Of a stretch of DNA of 64,000 bases, positions 18,336-28,920 are shown piece by piece. Position 1 is the first letter of the stretch; each line of letters begins with the position of its first letter. The position numbers and the translations under genes are program-made. A model generated the notes under the pieces. The model had not been told where the DNA came from. It did no database searches and saw nothing but the letters and a program-made list of their open reading frames with translations. The DNA comes from an uncultured Bacteroidales bacterium (GTDB taxonomy: Bacteria; Bacteroidota; Bacteroidia; Bacteroidales; UBA10428): NCBI GenBank assembly GCA_964560225.1, contig CAZLLD010000004.1, forward strand, positions 5,593 to 69,592, read 5' to 3'.

Positions 18336-19649
18336 TCAGGAAGCTTTGTCAATTTTCAGGTTTAAAAAGTCGGCTACCAGGAAATTGCTGCCCGTGATCA
18401 GAATCAGATCGTCGTTGCCTGCATGCTGCAAAGCGTCATCATAGGCTGCTTTCACATGACTGTACGATTTGCCGGCAAAGCCCAGAGAACTGGCATTTTT
18501 CATCAGATCGTTCTCATCCATGGTGCGCGGAACCGATAACCTTGTGAAATAATAGCGTGCATTTGCAGGCAGGTATTTCAGTGTTTCCGGTATGTCTTTG
18601 TCGTATACAAAGCCGATGATCAGGTGAAGTTGCTTTCTGGCTGTTTCAGCAACCTGTTGCATAAGCACCTTCATGCCATCGGGATTATGAGCCGTGTCGC
18701 ATACAACAACCGGATTGGCACGAATCAATTGCCAGCGTCCCAACAGGCCGGTATTCTGCACTACCTTGCGAATTCCGGAATAGATATCTTTTTCTTTAAT
18801 CAGAAGTCCTGTTGAAATCAGCTCATCAAGAGAAGCCAGAACAGTCGTTGTGTTTTTCCGCTGGTAATGTCCCATGAGTTCGCATTTCAGATTGGCATAG
18901 CGGATCTCGCCGTTTTTTTTCACATTGAACACCTGGTATCCATCGGTTGAAGTCAGGCTATAAGGTATTGCATATTGCTCATCAGCACGAATCATCCTTG
19001 AGTTGTGCTGTTCGCATATTTTTTTGAAAACAGGAAAAATTTCGGGCTGCTTTTCTCCTATTACGCAAGGAGTATTCGGCTTTATGATCCCTGCCTTTTC
19101 CGTTGCAATTTTCTGTAATGTATCGCCCAGTATTTCCATGTGATCTCTTCCGATATTGGTAATTACCGAAAGCAGGGGCGAAATGATGTTGGTGGCATCA
19201 AGGCGGCCTCCCAGGCCTACTTCAATGATGGCTATGTCTACCAGGTTTTGAACGAAATATTCAAAGGCCAGAAAGACTGAAATTTCGAAAAAAGATGGGC
19301 TGAATGTGTTGAAGAATGCCTGGTTCTTTGAAATGAATTCTGCTATAAATTTTTTGGTGATCCTGTTGCCGTTGATCCGGATCCGTTCCCTGAAATCAAC
19401 CAGGTGGGGTGAGGTATACAAACCTGTTTTGTAACCTGCTTCCTGCAATACCGAAGCAAGCATATGTGAAACAGAACCTTTGCCATTGGTTCCTGCAACA
19501 TGAATGGTTTTGAACTGCTGGTGCGGACTCCCGAAATAAGCATCGAGTTTTAATGTGTTGTCGAGCCCCGACCGGTACGCGGCATGGCCTATGCGTTGGT
19601 ACATAGGCAATTGATCCATTATGTATGCAAGTGTTTTATTGTAGTTCAT
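18336..19649 (-). CDS. folC: Bifunctional folylpolyglutamate synthase / dihydrofolate synthase
   Basis: HVAGTNGKGS P-loop, TSPHL, EVGLGGRLDATN motifs. Confidence 0.9.
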   Translation of the reverse strand: MNYNKTLAYIMDQLPMYQRIGHAAYRSGLDNTLKLDAYFGSPHQQFKTIHVAGTNGKGSVSHMLASVLQEAGYKTGLYTSPHLVDFRERIRINGNRITKKFIAEFISKNQAFFNTFSPSFFEISVFLAFEYFVQNLVDIAIIEVGLGGRLDATNIISPLLSVITNIGRDHMEILGDTLQKIATEKAGIIKPNTPCVIGEKQPEIFPVFKKICEQHNSRMIRADEQYAIPYSLTSTDGYQVFNVKKNGEIRYANLKCELMGHYQRKNTTTVLASLDELISTGLLIKEKDIYSGIRKVVQNTGLLGRWQLIRANPVVVCDTAHNPDGMKVLMQQVAETARKQLHLIIGFVYDKDIPETLKYLPANARYYFTRLSVPRTMDENDLMKNASSLGFAGKSYSHVKAAYDDALQHAGNDDLILITGSNFLVADFLNLKIDKAS

Positions 19650-19682
19650 GTGGCCTCTTTCTTATGAAACGAATGGGTTTAA

Positions 19683-20192
19683 TTACCATTTTTCATGGTG
19701 TATCCTGGCCTGGTTGAACCTGTCGGGTATGCTCTTGACTTCAGCCGGATAACCCAGAGATACAATGGCAAAGCCTTTTACATGTTCAGGCAGGCTGAAT
19801 ATCTGCTGAACTGCTTCCATCCGGTTTGCCCTGGGGTACAAGCCCACCCACACTGCTCCCAACCCCAGATCATGAGCCGCCAGAAGCATATTCTGCATGG
19901 CAGCTGCACAGTCGACCGGACCGTATCCTGCATCGTGCTGAAGATGCTCGTCATAGCACACCAGTATGGCTGCACTGGCTCCGGCGAGCATCGAAGCATT
20001 CGGGTGGGCCTCGATGATCAGTTTGATGGAATTGCTGTTGCGGAAAACAATAAAATGCCAGGGTTGTTTGTTAACAGCTGAGGGGGCATACATGGCAGCT
20101 TTTAATATGATGTTGATTTGTTCATCAGTAACATTTGCCGCTGTATACTTCCTGATGCTGCGACGGCTTAAAATGGCTTCAATAGTATCCAT
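19683..20192 (-). CDS. Nitroreductase-family protein
   Basis: SRRSIRKYT, APSAVNKQPWHF motifs. Confidence 0.85.
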   Translation of the reverse strand: MDTIEAILSRRSIRKYTAANVTDEQINIILKAAMYAPSAVNKQPWHFIVFRNSNSIKLIIEAHPNASMLAGASAAILVCYDEHLQHDAGYGPVDCAAAMQNMLLAAHDLGLGAVWVGLYPRANRMEAVQQIFSLPEHVKGFAIVSLGYPAEVKSIPDRFNQARIHHEKW

Positions 20193-20343
20193 GAAGGATG
20201 TTAATAAGTATTAATAAACCTGAAACGGTATGTTGTAAAATTGTAATAGTTTAAACGTGCAAAATTAAAACAAAAAAGCTTTTGACCGGCAACTGGTGTT
20301 ACCGGTTGAAAGCTTTTCATGTCACAACTTAAACGATGTCGCT

Positions 20344-21681
20344 ATGGCTGCAAACAACAAGGTGAAAAAGGTTTTTGTACTCGATACGAATGTATTGCTG
20401 CACGATTACAAGTGTATTTATAATTTCCAGGAAAACAACGTGATCATCCCCATTACAGTGCTTGAAGAGCTGGATAAGTTTAAAAAGGGGAATGACATCA
20501 TCAACTATCATGCACGCGAGTTTACCAGGGAGCTCGACAAACTTTCGGGCGACAACCTGTTCAATGGGGGCGTTTCGCTTGGCAAGGGGCTGGGGAAACT
20601 AAGCATTGAAACCGGCAAACCCTTTTCACCCGCCATTCAGACATCGTTTCCCGAAAATACTCCCGATCACAGAATTCTGGCCATTGCCGAGCACGTTCAC
20701 CGGAATAAACCTGACATGATGGTAATTTTCATCAGCAAGGACATCAACCTGCGCATGAAGGCCAAATCTATCGGGGTTATGGCACAGGACTATGAAACCG
20801 ACAAGGTCCGGAATATAGATGAGATTTATAAGAGTGTCAGCACCATCGAGGGTGTTGACGATCAGCTGATCATGAAGCTTTATGAGGCACCCGACGGAGT
20901 TCCCTTAAAGAGTTTTAAGCTGAAAATCAAACCTTCGGCCAACCAGTACTATATTTTTAAAGGCAATTCATCCAGTGCACTGGCTTTTTACAATCCCAAA
21001 GCAGATGCAATCAGCAGGGTGGTCAAGCAGAAGACCTATGGCATTGAGCCCCGGAATGCCGAGCAGACCTTCGCGCTGGATGCCCTGTTGCGTGAGGATG
21101 TTCAGCTGGTCTCGCTTACAGGGAAAGCAGGTACGGGCAAAACGCTACTGGCATTGGCGGCTGCTCTTCAGCAGCGGCAACAATACACCCAGATCTTTCT
21201 GGCCCGCCCCATCGTTCCCCTGGCCAATCGTGATATCGGCTTTCTGCCGGGGGATATCAAGGAAAAAATAGGTCCCTATATGCTGCCGCTTTTTGATAAC
21301 CTGGATGTAATCAAAAATAAATTTGCGCAAACCAGCAAGGAATTCCAGAAGATAGAAGAAATGCTGAAAACCGAGAAGCTGATCATCACGCCACTGGCCT
21401 ATATCAGGGGAAGAAGTCTTTCGAGAATATTCTTCATAGTGGATGAGGCACAGAACCTCACACCGCATGAAATTAAAACCATCATTACCCGTGCCGGAGA
21501 AGGAACAAAGATGGTGTTTACCGGTGATATCGAACAAATTGACTCTCCCTATCTGGATGAGAAGTCGAACGGACTGAGCTATCTGACTGATAAAATGATC
21601 GGACAGGACTTGTTTGCTCATGTGAATCTGGTAAAAGGAGAGCGGAGTTACCTGGCTGAACTGGCCAGTCACTTGCTGTAG
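20344..21681 (+). CDS. PhoH2-type protein (N-terminal PIN domain plus PhoH-like ATPase)
   Basis: PIN block FVLDTNVLLHD...PITVLEELD. Walker A GKAGTGKTLLAL, and FIVDEAQN (Walker B / DEAD-like). Start placed at MAANNK. Confidence 0.88.
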   Translation: MAANNKVKKVFVLDTNVLLHDYKCIYNFQENNVIIPITVLEELDKFKKGNDIINYHAREFTRELDKLSGDNLFNGGVSLGKGLGKLSIETGKPFSPAIQTSFPENTPDHRILAIAEHVHRNKPDMMVIFISKDINLRMKAKSIGVMAQDYETDKVRNIDEIYKSVSTIEGVDDQLIMKLYEAPDGVPLKSFKLKIKPSANQYYIFKGNSSSALAFYNPKADAISRVVKQKTYGIEPRNAEQTFALDALLREDVQLVSLTGKAGTGKTLLALAAALQQRQQYTQIFLARPIVPLANRDIGFLPGDIKEKIGPYMLPLFDNLDVIKNKFAQTSKEFQKIEEMLKTEKLIITPLAYIRGRSLSRIFFIVDEAQNLTPHEIKTIITRAGEGTKMVFTGDIEQIDSPYLDEKSNGLSYLTDKMIGQDLFAHVNLVKGERSYLAELASHLL

Positions 21682-21811
21682 TTGTTGTCTTTTGCTGCCT
21701 GATTGTGCCTGGGAGGTCTGAAAATACAGCTTTATTATAGGGTTAAAAATGCACTGGTGCGCAATTTGGCATAAATGAATTACATTTGTGGCGGTAACAA
21801 ATGTATTATTC

Positions 21812-22315
21812 ATGAAGCAGTTGAAAACCCTCCATGTAGTGCGTCACGCAAAATCTTCATGGGATTATGACGGCACCGCGGATATTGACAGAACACTGAA
21901 AGCCAAAGGCATAAGAAATGCATATGCCATTGCCCGAAAGCTGAAGCTGAGCAACCTGATTCCTCAGAAGATCATTTCGAGCCCTGCCAATCGTGCTCTG
22001 CATACCGCTGTAATTTTTGCAAGGGTTCTTGAATATCCTCTGAAGGAAATAGAGATATGCAGTCTGATGTATGAATCGTCACCCGATAAGATATTGGATA
22101 TGGTGCGCAAGACAAACAATGAGTGTAAATCAATAATGGTTTTTGGTCACAACCCTGATTTTACCGACCTGGTGAACAGCTTTATTGATAAACCCATTGA
22201 AAATATACCCACCTCGGGAGTCGTTACCCTGAAATTTGCTTCTGCAGACTGGACCGGTATCAGCAGGAAAAACCTGGAAAGCCATATCGTCAATTTTCCT
22301 GCTAAAGATGAGTAA
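21812..22315 (+). CDS. Histidine phosphatase superfamily protein (SixA-like)
   Basis: LHVVRHAKS catalytic RH motif, GHNP. It lies directly upstream of ppk1. Confidence 0.75.
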   Translation: MKQLKTLHVVRHAKSSWDYDGTADIDRTLKAKGIRNAYAIARKLKLSNLIPQKIISSPANRALHTAVIFARVLEYPLKEIEICSLMYESSPDKILDMVRKTNNECKSIMVFGHNPDFTDLVNSFIDKPIENIPTSGVVTLKFASADWTGISRKNLESHIVNFPAKDE

Positions 22316-22352
22316 AAATTAATCATACAGGTGCTCCACGAATCAGCTTAAT

Positions 22353-24422
22353 ATGAAGAAGAATCCCAAACTGATCCATCGCGAAATCAGCTGGCTTTCG
22401 TTTAACGAAAGGGTATTGCAAGAGGCTCAGGATCCCGACGTGCCTCTTGTGGAACGTATCAAGTTCCTTGGAATCTTCTCGAATAACCTCGATGAGTTCT
22501 TTAAGGTACGCGTGGCCACCATCAAAAGGATGATCGACTTCCAGGAAGGTCGCAGAAAAGTTGAAGGTGAAAAACCCAAGAAGCTGATGAACATGATCCA
22601 GAAAAAGGTACTGCAGCTTCAGAATAAATTCGAATACACTTTTCAAAACATATTGAATGAGCTTGAGAATGAAGGGATCCTTATAATCAACGAACTGGAA
22701 TTGAATCCTTTCCAGGCTGAATTTGTTAAAAACTATTTTGATGAGCATGTTTTCCCGGTCATTTCCCCGATCATACTCAGCAATGTCGACAAATTCCCTT
22801 ACCTGAAGGACAAATCCATTTATCTTGTGGTAAAGCTCAACAGCAGTGAGCCGGATGTGAAAACCGATTATGCGCTGATTGAAATACCCACCAACTTGCT
22901 TCCCCGGTTCATCGTGCTCCCTTCAGAGAACGAAAAGAAATTCATCATACTGCTCGAAGATGTGATCAGGGCTTCCCTTGATGATGTATTTGCGCTGTTC
23001 CGATTCGACCATTTTGAATCCTGGATTATCAAACTTACGCGTGATGCAGAGCTCGACATGGATAACGATATTTCCAAGAGTTTCCTGGAGGTGATTTCCA
23101 AAGGAGTGAGCAGCAGAAAAACCGGGCAGCCGGTGCGTTTTGTTTTTGATAACGCCATTTCCAGGGAAGTGCTCGAATACCTGGTAGAACAACTGAATCT
23201 CGATGAAGACAACAACCTGATACCCGGTGGCCGGATTCATAACTTCAAAGATTTCATGAGCTTTCCGAACATCGGATCGACAAATCTTGTTTATAAGAAA
23301 GAAGCCCCGCTGCCGCAGCCGTTGATCAAGCACCACAAGAGCATCATTGATATCATGGCGCAAAGAGACTTCATGCTTCATGTGCCTTACCAGGATTTTA
23401 ACATTTTCATCCGGCTGCTTCAGGAAGCCTCCATTGATCCCAGGGTTACCGAGATCTCGCTCACCGTATACAGGGTTGCCAAGAATTCAAAAGTGATCAA
23501 TGCCCTGATCAATGCAGCCCGTAATGGTAAGAAGGTCTATGTGGTCATTGAACTGCAGGCACGTTTCGATGAGGAAACCAATATCTACTATTCGCGCAAA
23601 CTGGAAGAGGTAGGAGCCAGGGTTTCTTTCGGGTTTCCCGGACTGAAGATTCATGCCAAGCTGCTGAATATCGTCAGGAAAGAAGGTTCGAAGCTGGTGA
23701 ATTATTCATGCGTAAGTACAGGCAATTTTCATGAAGGGAATGCCCGGGTGTATTCCGATCTTTTCCTTTTTACTGCTGATAAAAGGATTACCTCGGAAGT
23801 AAAGAAGGTGTTTGATTTCTTTGAAAATTCCTACAAGAATTTTACTGCCCGGCATCTCATCAAGTCGCCGCTCTATCTGAGAAGAAAGATGTACCAGTTG
23901 ATAGAAAGGGAAATAAAGAACGCAAAAGCAGGAAAAGAAGCTTATATCATTATGAAGCTGAACAGCCTGGTTGACCCCGATATCATTCACAAGCTCTATA
24001 AAGCCAACGATGCCGGAGTTAAGATCAAGATGATCGTCAGGGGCATCTGTTCGCTTAGACCGGGTGTGCCCGGCTTGAGCGAGAACGTGGAAGCTGTAAG
24101 TATTGTGGATAAATTCCTGGAGCATTCGCGGGTGCTCATCTTCTGCAATAATGGCAATGAGCAGTATTATATTACATCGGCCGACTGGATGTCGAGGAAC
24201 CTGGACCGCCGTGTCGAAATTGCCTGCCCGATATATGACAAAACAGTGCAGCAAGAGATAAGAGCGCTGATCGATCTGCAATTGAAAGATAATGTGAAGG
24301 CACGAATTATCAATGCCGTGCAGGATAATGAGTATGTGTCTTCCAACGGTTCAAGGAAGATCAGGTCGCAGGTGGAGATTTATGAATATTACCAGGACCT
24401 GCTGCGCAAAGAGAATTATTAA
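22353..24422 (+). CDS. ppk1: Polyphosphate kinase 1
   Basis: REISWLSFNERVLQEA N-terminus. Two PLD-like HKD-type C domains (HAKL..., EHSRV...). At 689 aa the length is typical. Confidence 0.95.
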   Translation: MKKNPKLIHREISWLSFNERVLQEAQDPDVPLVERIKFLGIFSNNLDEFFKVRVATIKRMIDFQEGRRKVEGEKPKKLMNMIQKKVLQLQNKFEYTFQNILNELENEGILIINELELNPFQAEFVKNYFDEHVFPVISPIILSNVDKFPYLKDKSIYLVVKLNSSEPDVKTDYALIEIPTNLLPRFIVLPSENEKKFIILLEDVIRASLDDVFALFRFDHFESWIIKLTRDAELDMDNDISKSFLEVISKGVSSRKTGQPVRFVFDNAISREVLEYLVEQLNLDEDNNLIPGGRIHNFKDFMSFPNIGSTNLVYKKEAPLPQPLIKHHKSIIDIMAQRDFMLHVPYQDFNIFIRLLQEASIDPRVTEISLTVYRVAKNSKVINALINAARNGKKVYVVIELQARFDEETNIYYSRKLEEVGARVSFGFPGLKIHAKLLNIVRKEGSKLVNYSCVSTGNFHEGNARVYSDLFLFTADKRITSEVKKVFDFFENSYKNFTARHLIKSPLYLRRKMYQLIEREIKNAKAGKEAYIIMKLNSLVDPDIIHKLYKANDAGVKIKMIVRGICSLRPGVPGLSENVEAVSIVDKFLEHSRVLIFCNNGNEQYYITSADWMSRNLDRRVEIACPIYDKTVQQEIRALIDLQLKDNVKARIINAVQDNEYVSSNGSRKIRSQVEIYEYYQDLLRKENY

Positions 24423-24435
24423 AAGAATAAGAGGA

Positions 24436-25230
24436 ATGGATTATAAGGGTTTGTGTGAGGAAGTGACTGGAATTGCTGTTGAAGCCGGTCAATACATCAT
24501 GGAAAGGATGACAGGCTTATCCATGAGACAGGTTGAGGTTAAAGGCAAGAATAACTTTGTTACCGAGGTAGACAAAGCCGCCGAAGGAATCATTGTTGAG
24601 CGTCTCCGAAAACTGGTGCATGGCGCCGGGTTTATTGCCGAGGAAGGAACTGCGCAAAGCCGCGGAGAAAAATACAACTGGATTATCGACCCGCTTGACG
24701 GCACCACCAACTTTATTCATCATGCACCTCCCGTGTCGGTGAGTATAGCGCTTACCGAAAATGACCTGCCGGTTATTGGAGTTGTTTATGAAGTATGGCA
24801 TAAAGAAGCATTTTATGCCTGGAAAGGTGGCGGGGCATACCTGAATGGCAAAGAGATAAGCGTATCGGACACGGCTGAAATGAAGGATGCACTCATTGCT
24901 GTGGGTTTCCCGTATCATGGTGAACTGCGCAGGCAATTGTTCATCCAAAGCCTGGATCATTTTCTGCATGCCACGCATGGCGTTCGTCGTTTGGGATCGG
25001 CTGCTGCCGACCTGGCCTACGTTGCCTGCGGCCGTTATGAAGGCTTTTACGAGTATAACCTGGCTCCCTGGGATGTTGCTGCCGGTGCACTTATTGTAAC
25101 AGAAGCCGGCGGAAAGGTGTCTGACTTCAGTGGAAGCAACAACTTCCTGTTCGGCAAAGAAATAGTGGCTTCCAACAGCAAGGTATTTTCAGAATTTCTG
25201 AATGATGTATCTCGTTTTATGAATCCCTGA
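24436..25230 (+). CDS. Inositol monophosphatase family protein (SuhB-like)
   Basis: WIIDPLDGTTNF and GSAAADLAYVACGR signature motifs. Start placed at MDYKGL; the track ORF extends upstream into ppk1. Confidence 0.88.
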   Translation: MDYKGLCEEVTGIAVEAGQYIMERMTGLSMRQVEVKGKNNFVTEVDKAAEGIIVERLRKLVHGAGFIAEEGTAQSRGEKYNWIIDPLDGTTNFIHHAPPVSVSIALTENDLPVIGVVYEVWHKEAFYAWKGGGAYLNGKEISVSDTAEMKDALIAVGFPYHGELRRQLFIQSLDHFLHATHGVRRLGSAAADLAYVACGRYEGFYEYNLAPWDVAAGALIVTEAGGKVSDFSGSNNFLFGKEIVASNSKVFSEFLNDVSRFMNP

Positions 25231-25239
25231 ATTTTCATT

Positions 25240-26133
25240 ATGGCATCAATCGGATACTACCTGTTATTTGGCTTTACCTGGATCATCTCACTGATGCCCT
25301 TCTGGGTGCTTTACCGTTTATCCGACCTGTTGTTTCTGGTGGCATTTTATGTGATCCGGTACCGCAAAAAAACTGTGCTTAAAAACCTGAGGACGTCCTT
25401 TCCGGAAAAAACCGACGGGGAAATCAACCAACTCGCCAGGGCTTTTTACCGGCATTTTTGTGACTTCCTGGTTGAAATGCCCAAAAATGTCAGCATTTCT
25501 ACCGATCAGCTCAACAAACGGATGAAGTTCAACAACCCGGAAGTGTTCAGTGAGCTGGAGAAAAAAAAGATAAATTTTGCCCTGGTATCGGCACATTATA
25601 ACAACTGGGAGTGGCTGATTGCACTGCCTGCCAAGATGAGACATCATTTTCTGGTAATATACCGTCCGCTTAAAAACAAAGCTTTTGACAGGTTGTCATA
25701 TTATATCAGAAACCGGTTTAAACCGGTGTTGATTCCCATGGAGTCTATTTTCAGGGAGGCAGTAAAACACCGTTCGGCAGGTGACCTGTTTTCCGTTTGG
25801 TTTCTTGCTGATCAGCGCCCGCCAAGGAACACCAGGTTCTGGACGAGGTTTCTCAACCATGAAGCGGCTTTTTTTGAAGGAGTGGAAAAGATTTCACGCA
25901 AGTTGAACCTGGCTGTGGTATTCATGGATGTTCAGAAGATAAAACGTGGGTATTACGAGGTAAATCTTAAGGTATTGTTTGAAAATGCTGCAGATGTGGC
26001 TGAGGATGAGGTGACACTCACCTGTGTCAGGGAAATGGAACAGGAGATAATGCATCGTCCTGAGTACTGGCTTTGGTCGCACAAGCGGTTCAAGCACACA
26101 CGACCCGAAAACATCAAACTCATTGCAACATGA
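25240..26133 (+). CDS. Lipid A / lysophospholipid acyltransferase (LpxL/HtrB family)
   Basis: N-terminal TM helix and the H(x4)E-type block SAHYNNWEW. Family-typical size. Confidence 0.8.
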   Translation: MASIGYYLLFGFTWIISLMPFWVLYRLSDLLFLVAFYVIRYRKKTVLKNLRTSFPEKTDGEINQLARAFYRHFCDFLVEMPKNVSISTDQLNKRMKFNNPEVFSELEKKKINFALVSAHYNNWEWLIALPAKMRHHFLVIYRPLKNKAFDRLSYYIRNRFKPVLIPMESIFREAVKHRSAGDLFSVWFLADQRPPRNTRFWTRFLNHEAAFFEGVEKISRKLNLAVVFMDVQKIKRGYYEVNLKVLFENAADVAEDEVTLTCVREMEQEIMHRPEYWLWSHKRFKHTRPENIKLIAT

Positions 26134-27176
26134 CACGTATTGCAGTTGTTATTCTCAATTGGAACGGCCGGCATTACCTTGAGCAATACCTTCCATCGGT
26201 GTGCAGTTATTCCGACCTGCCTGAAACCGAGATCATTGTGGCAGACAACGGTTCAACTGATGATTCAGTGCAATTCATTAAAGAGAAATTTTTTTCGGTC
26301 AGGTTGATTGAATTCAGCGAGAATCATGGCTTTGCCATGGGATATTGCAAGGCATTATCACTGATTGATGCAACATACTATGTGTTGCTCAATTCCGATG
26401 TCGAAGTGACCGCCGGATGGCTGAAACCCTTGTACCAGGCTATGGAAGACAATCCTGAAATCGGTGCCTGTATGCCCAAACTGCTGGCCCATGATCAGCC
26501 CGGTCGTTTTGAATATGCCGGAGCCTCAGGCGGATATATCGACAGGTTTGGCTATCCTTTTTGCCGCGGAAGGATTCTGAGTACCATTGAAAAAGATGAA
26601 GGCCAGTACGACGATTTCCGTGAAGTATTCTGGGCATCGGGTGCCTGCATGTTTGTGAGAGCTTCTGCATACAGAAAAGCAGGCGGACTTGATGGCGAAT
26701 TTTTTGCCCATATGGAAGAGATCGATCTATGCTGGCGCATGCAAAGAACGGGGTCAACCGTAGCTGTTGTGCCCCAATCCACAGTATTTCATGTCGGCGG
26801 CGGTACCTTGCCCAATAACACACCCCGGAAACTATACCTGAATTACCGGAATAACCTCTTTCTGTTATTCAAAAATCTCCCGGTTTTTCAGTTGTTGCCT
26901 GTAATTCCTTTGCGGATGCTGCTCGACGGCATGTCGGCCATTGTTTACCTGTTGAACGGCTCCGGCAGTTTTTTTGTGGCAGTGCTAAGGGCTCACCTGG
27001 CTTTTCAACGCCGTATACCACTCCTGATTCAAATGAGAAGACAACTCAAAGGAACCATCCGCACCGGAAAGATTCTGGCCATTTACCCGGGAAGCATTGT
27101 GTTCGACTATTTCATCAGGCGCAGACAGGTCTTCAGTCAGTTAGACTGGCGATTCCGGAATAATCCTTCCAATTGA
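26130..27176 (+). CDS. Family 2 glycosyltransferase
   Basis: IAVVILNWNG, ADNGSTD (DxD-like), EEIDLCWR motifs. ATGA start/stop overlap with the acyltransferase gene. Confidence 0.85.
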   Translation: MTRIAVVILNWNGRHYLEQYLPSVCSYSDLPETEIIVADNGSTDDSVQFIKEKFFSVRLIEFSENHGFAMGYCKALSLIDATYYVLLNSDVEVTAGWLKPLYQAMEDNPEIGACMPKLLAHDQPGRFEYAGASGGYIDRFGYPFCRGRILSTIEKDEGQYDDFREVFWASGACMFVRASAYRKAGGLDGEFFAHMEEIDLCWRMQRTGSTVAVVPQSTVFHVGGGTLPNNTPRKLYLNYRNNLFLLFKNLPVFQLLPVIPLRMLLDGMSAIVYLLNGSGSFFVAVLRAHLAFQRRIPLLIQMRRQLKGTIRTGKILAIYPGSIVFDYFIRRRQVFSQLDWRFRNNPSN

Positions 27177-28153
27177 GCCCTGATTACTAAAGACATGGAC
27201 AAGTCAACCACCTCGGGAAGGAAGTGAAACGAGCATTGTACTTTTCCCTGTATGGCTGGTGTTGAAGCCAGGTAATACAAATCGGCCCGGCTGTAAAATG
27301 ATGCCTTGTACAAACCATCGCCTGATGTGATGAACTGGTTATCACCGGAGTAAATTATCCCATGTACGCCAACATGTTTGTACAGCGCTTCCGCTTCAGC
27401 ATAAAAGCCAATAGGGAAGCGAAAATCATAAATACTTCTGAGCCGGTCGTAGGAGCCCAGCACACCGGCGTAAACCGTGAGCGAATCCAAACCTGATAAG
27501 CGGGTAAGGTCAAGGCCCGGAGTAATTGCATATCCGGCGTTATCCCTTATTCTTTCGTCAGGTGTATGTTCCAGGGCATGGGCCAGGTGCGTCATAACAA
27601 AGTGGTGCTGATACAGAAACATACCATGCTGATAATGACCGGAAAAGCCCAGCAGAAAAGTCTCTCTTTTTGTTGCGGACTGCCGGCTGGTCCAGTCAAT
27701 CCAAATATTATGCCTGAAACGGGCGGTTTTAAAATCAATCAGCATGCCTTCAACCAGGGGCCGGTAATACTGAAATGTGTCGGTCATTAGTGCCATGGGC
27801 ATGCTGATATTGCCCTGGCGGGGGAAAGCTCCCAGATAGATCCCGAAATGTTTGCTGTGGCCCCGATAATAGGCAATTACATCGGGTGCAATCCACTCTC
27901 CCTTGCTGCCGAACTCATACAGGTAATCGACACCGGCCATGATGCGGTTGTTTTCATCAAATGAATAGCCCAGCTCACCCGATACCCTCGATGCAAAAAT
28001 GGTCTGGTCATTCACATACCGGTTAAAATATTCCCTGTTGTCAAAAAAACCGAAATAGCCAGCCTTATAAACAAAGTGCTGGGCATGAACACCGGCAAGC
28101 AGCAACAGGTTGGCAAGCAAAACCAGGAACCAACGCGAACAGTTCATGATCAT
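27137..28153 (-). CDS. Hypothetical secreted or outer-membrane beta-rich protein
   Basis: Signal peptide WFLVLLANLLLLAGVHAQ. It is Tyr/Gly/Phe-rich with alternating sequence. No family was recognised. Its 3' end overlaps the GT2 gene by 40 bp. Confidence 0.5.
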   Translation of the reverse strand: MIMNCSRWFLVLLANLLLLAGVHAQHFVYKAGYFGFFDNREYFNRYVNDQTIFASRVSGELGYSFDENNRIMAGVDYLYEFGSKGEWIAPDVIAYYRGHSKHFGIYLGAFPRQGNISMPMALMTDTFQYYRPLVEGMLIDFKTARFRHNIWIDWTSRQSATKRETFLLGFSGHYQHGMFLYQHHFVMTHLAHALEHTPDERIRDNAGYAITPGLDLTRLSGLDSLTVYAGVLGSYDRLRSIYDFRFPIGFYAEAEALYKHVGVHGIIYSGDNQFITSGDGLYKASFYSRADLYYLASTPAIQGKVQCSFHFLPEVVDLSMSLVIRAQLEGLFRNRQSN

Positions 28154-28337
28154 TTTTTTAAGTGCATATCAAATGTAGTAATAGTTGGGTTTTGCCAACA
28201 CTTAATTACAGGCAAAATTAACTGCAATGAAAAAAATTACCTGATCAGGTGTTACATTTTCCGCTTTTGTGGTATTAAGATGAGATCAACCACAGGGTGA
28301 TTAACCCTTGGTGAAATTAACCGACACCCGATTTTCA

Positions 28338-28751
28338 ATGGACAGACGAATTGATGTGCCTCAGCATGGTTTTAACTGGCGTGGCAAAAGAATCCTTATT
28401 GTAGAAGATGACTATGCGAATTACCTGTTTTTTCAAGAGATGCTGGCCAATGCACAGGCTTGCCTGATCAGGGCTGTGTCGTTGCAGGAGGCTTTTGACA
28501 TGCTGAGCGAGGTAGCCGGGTTTGATTTGCTGCTTATCAACAACAACATTCCCGGCAATGAAAACTGCAGGTCGGTCAAGAAAATGAAACTGCTGTGGCC
28601 GGGTCTGCGCATCATTGCCATATCGGGATGTGACAGTCAGGAACGGCATACCAGGTGCTATCCCTGTGGTTGTGATGCAGTTATTGACCATCATGCAGAT
28701 AACTTGGAAATGCTTACCCTGGTCAACGAGATGTTTTTCCCCGTGAACTGA
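28338..28751 (+). CDS. Stand-alone receiver-like domain lacking the phospho-acceptor Asp (pseudo-receiver)
   Basis: ILIVEDD acidic pair and IIAISG (T/S) are retained. FDLLLINNNIPG aligns Asn where Asp57 is expected, and DAVIDHH aligns His at the conserved Lys position. The TTG at 28308 is an alternative start. Confidence 0.65.
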   Translation: MDRRIDVPQHGFNWRGKRILIVEDDYANYLFFQEMLANAQACLIRAVSLQEAFDMLSEVAGFDLLLINNNIPGNENCRSVKKMKLLWPGLRIIAISGCDSQERHTRCYPCGCDAVIDHHADNLEMLTLVNEMFFPVN

Positions 28752-28920
28752 TTCATCATATTGATCATATCTGCCTTCAATAGAGCTGCCTGTTAAAACA
28801 AGCACAACTCAGCGCTGCCTGGTTCTTTACACGCCGGGCATTCTGAATCCAATTGTTCATATATTCATCTTTCCGGTTATTATTTAATCCTCTTTAAATT
28901 GTATATTTGATTAAGTAAGA

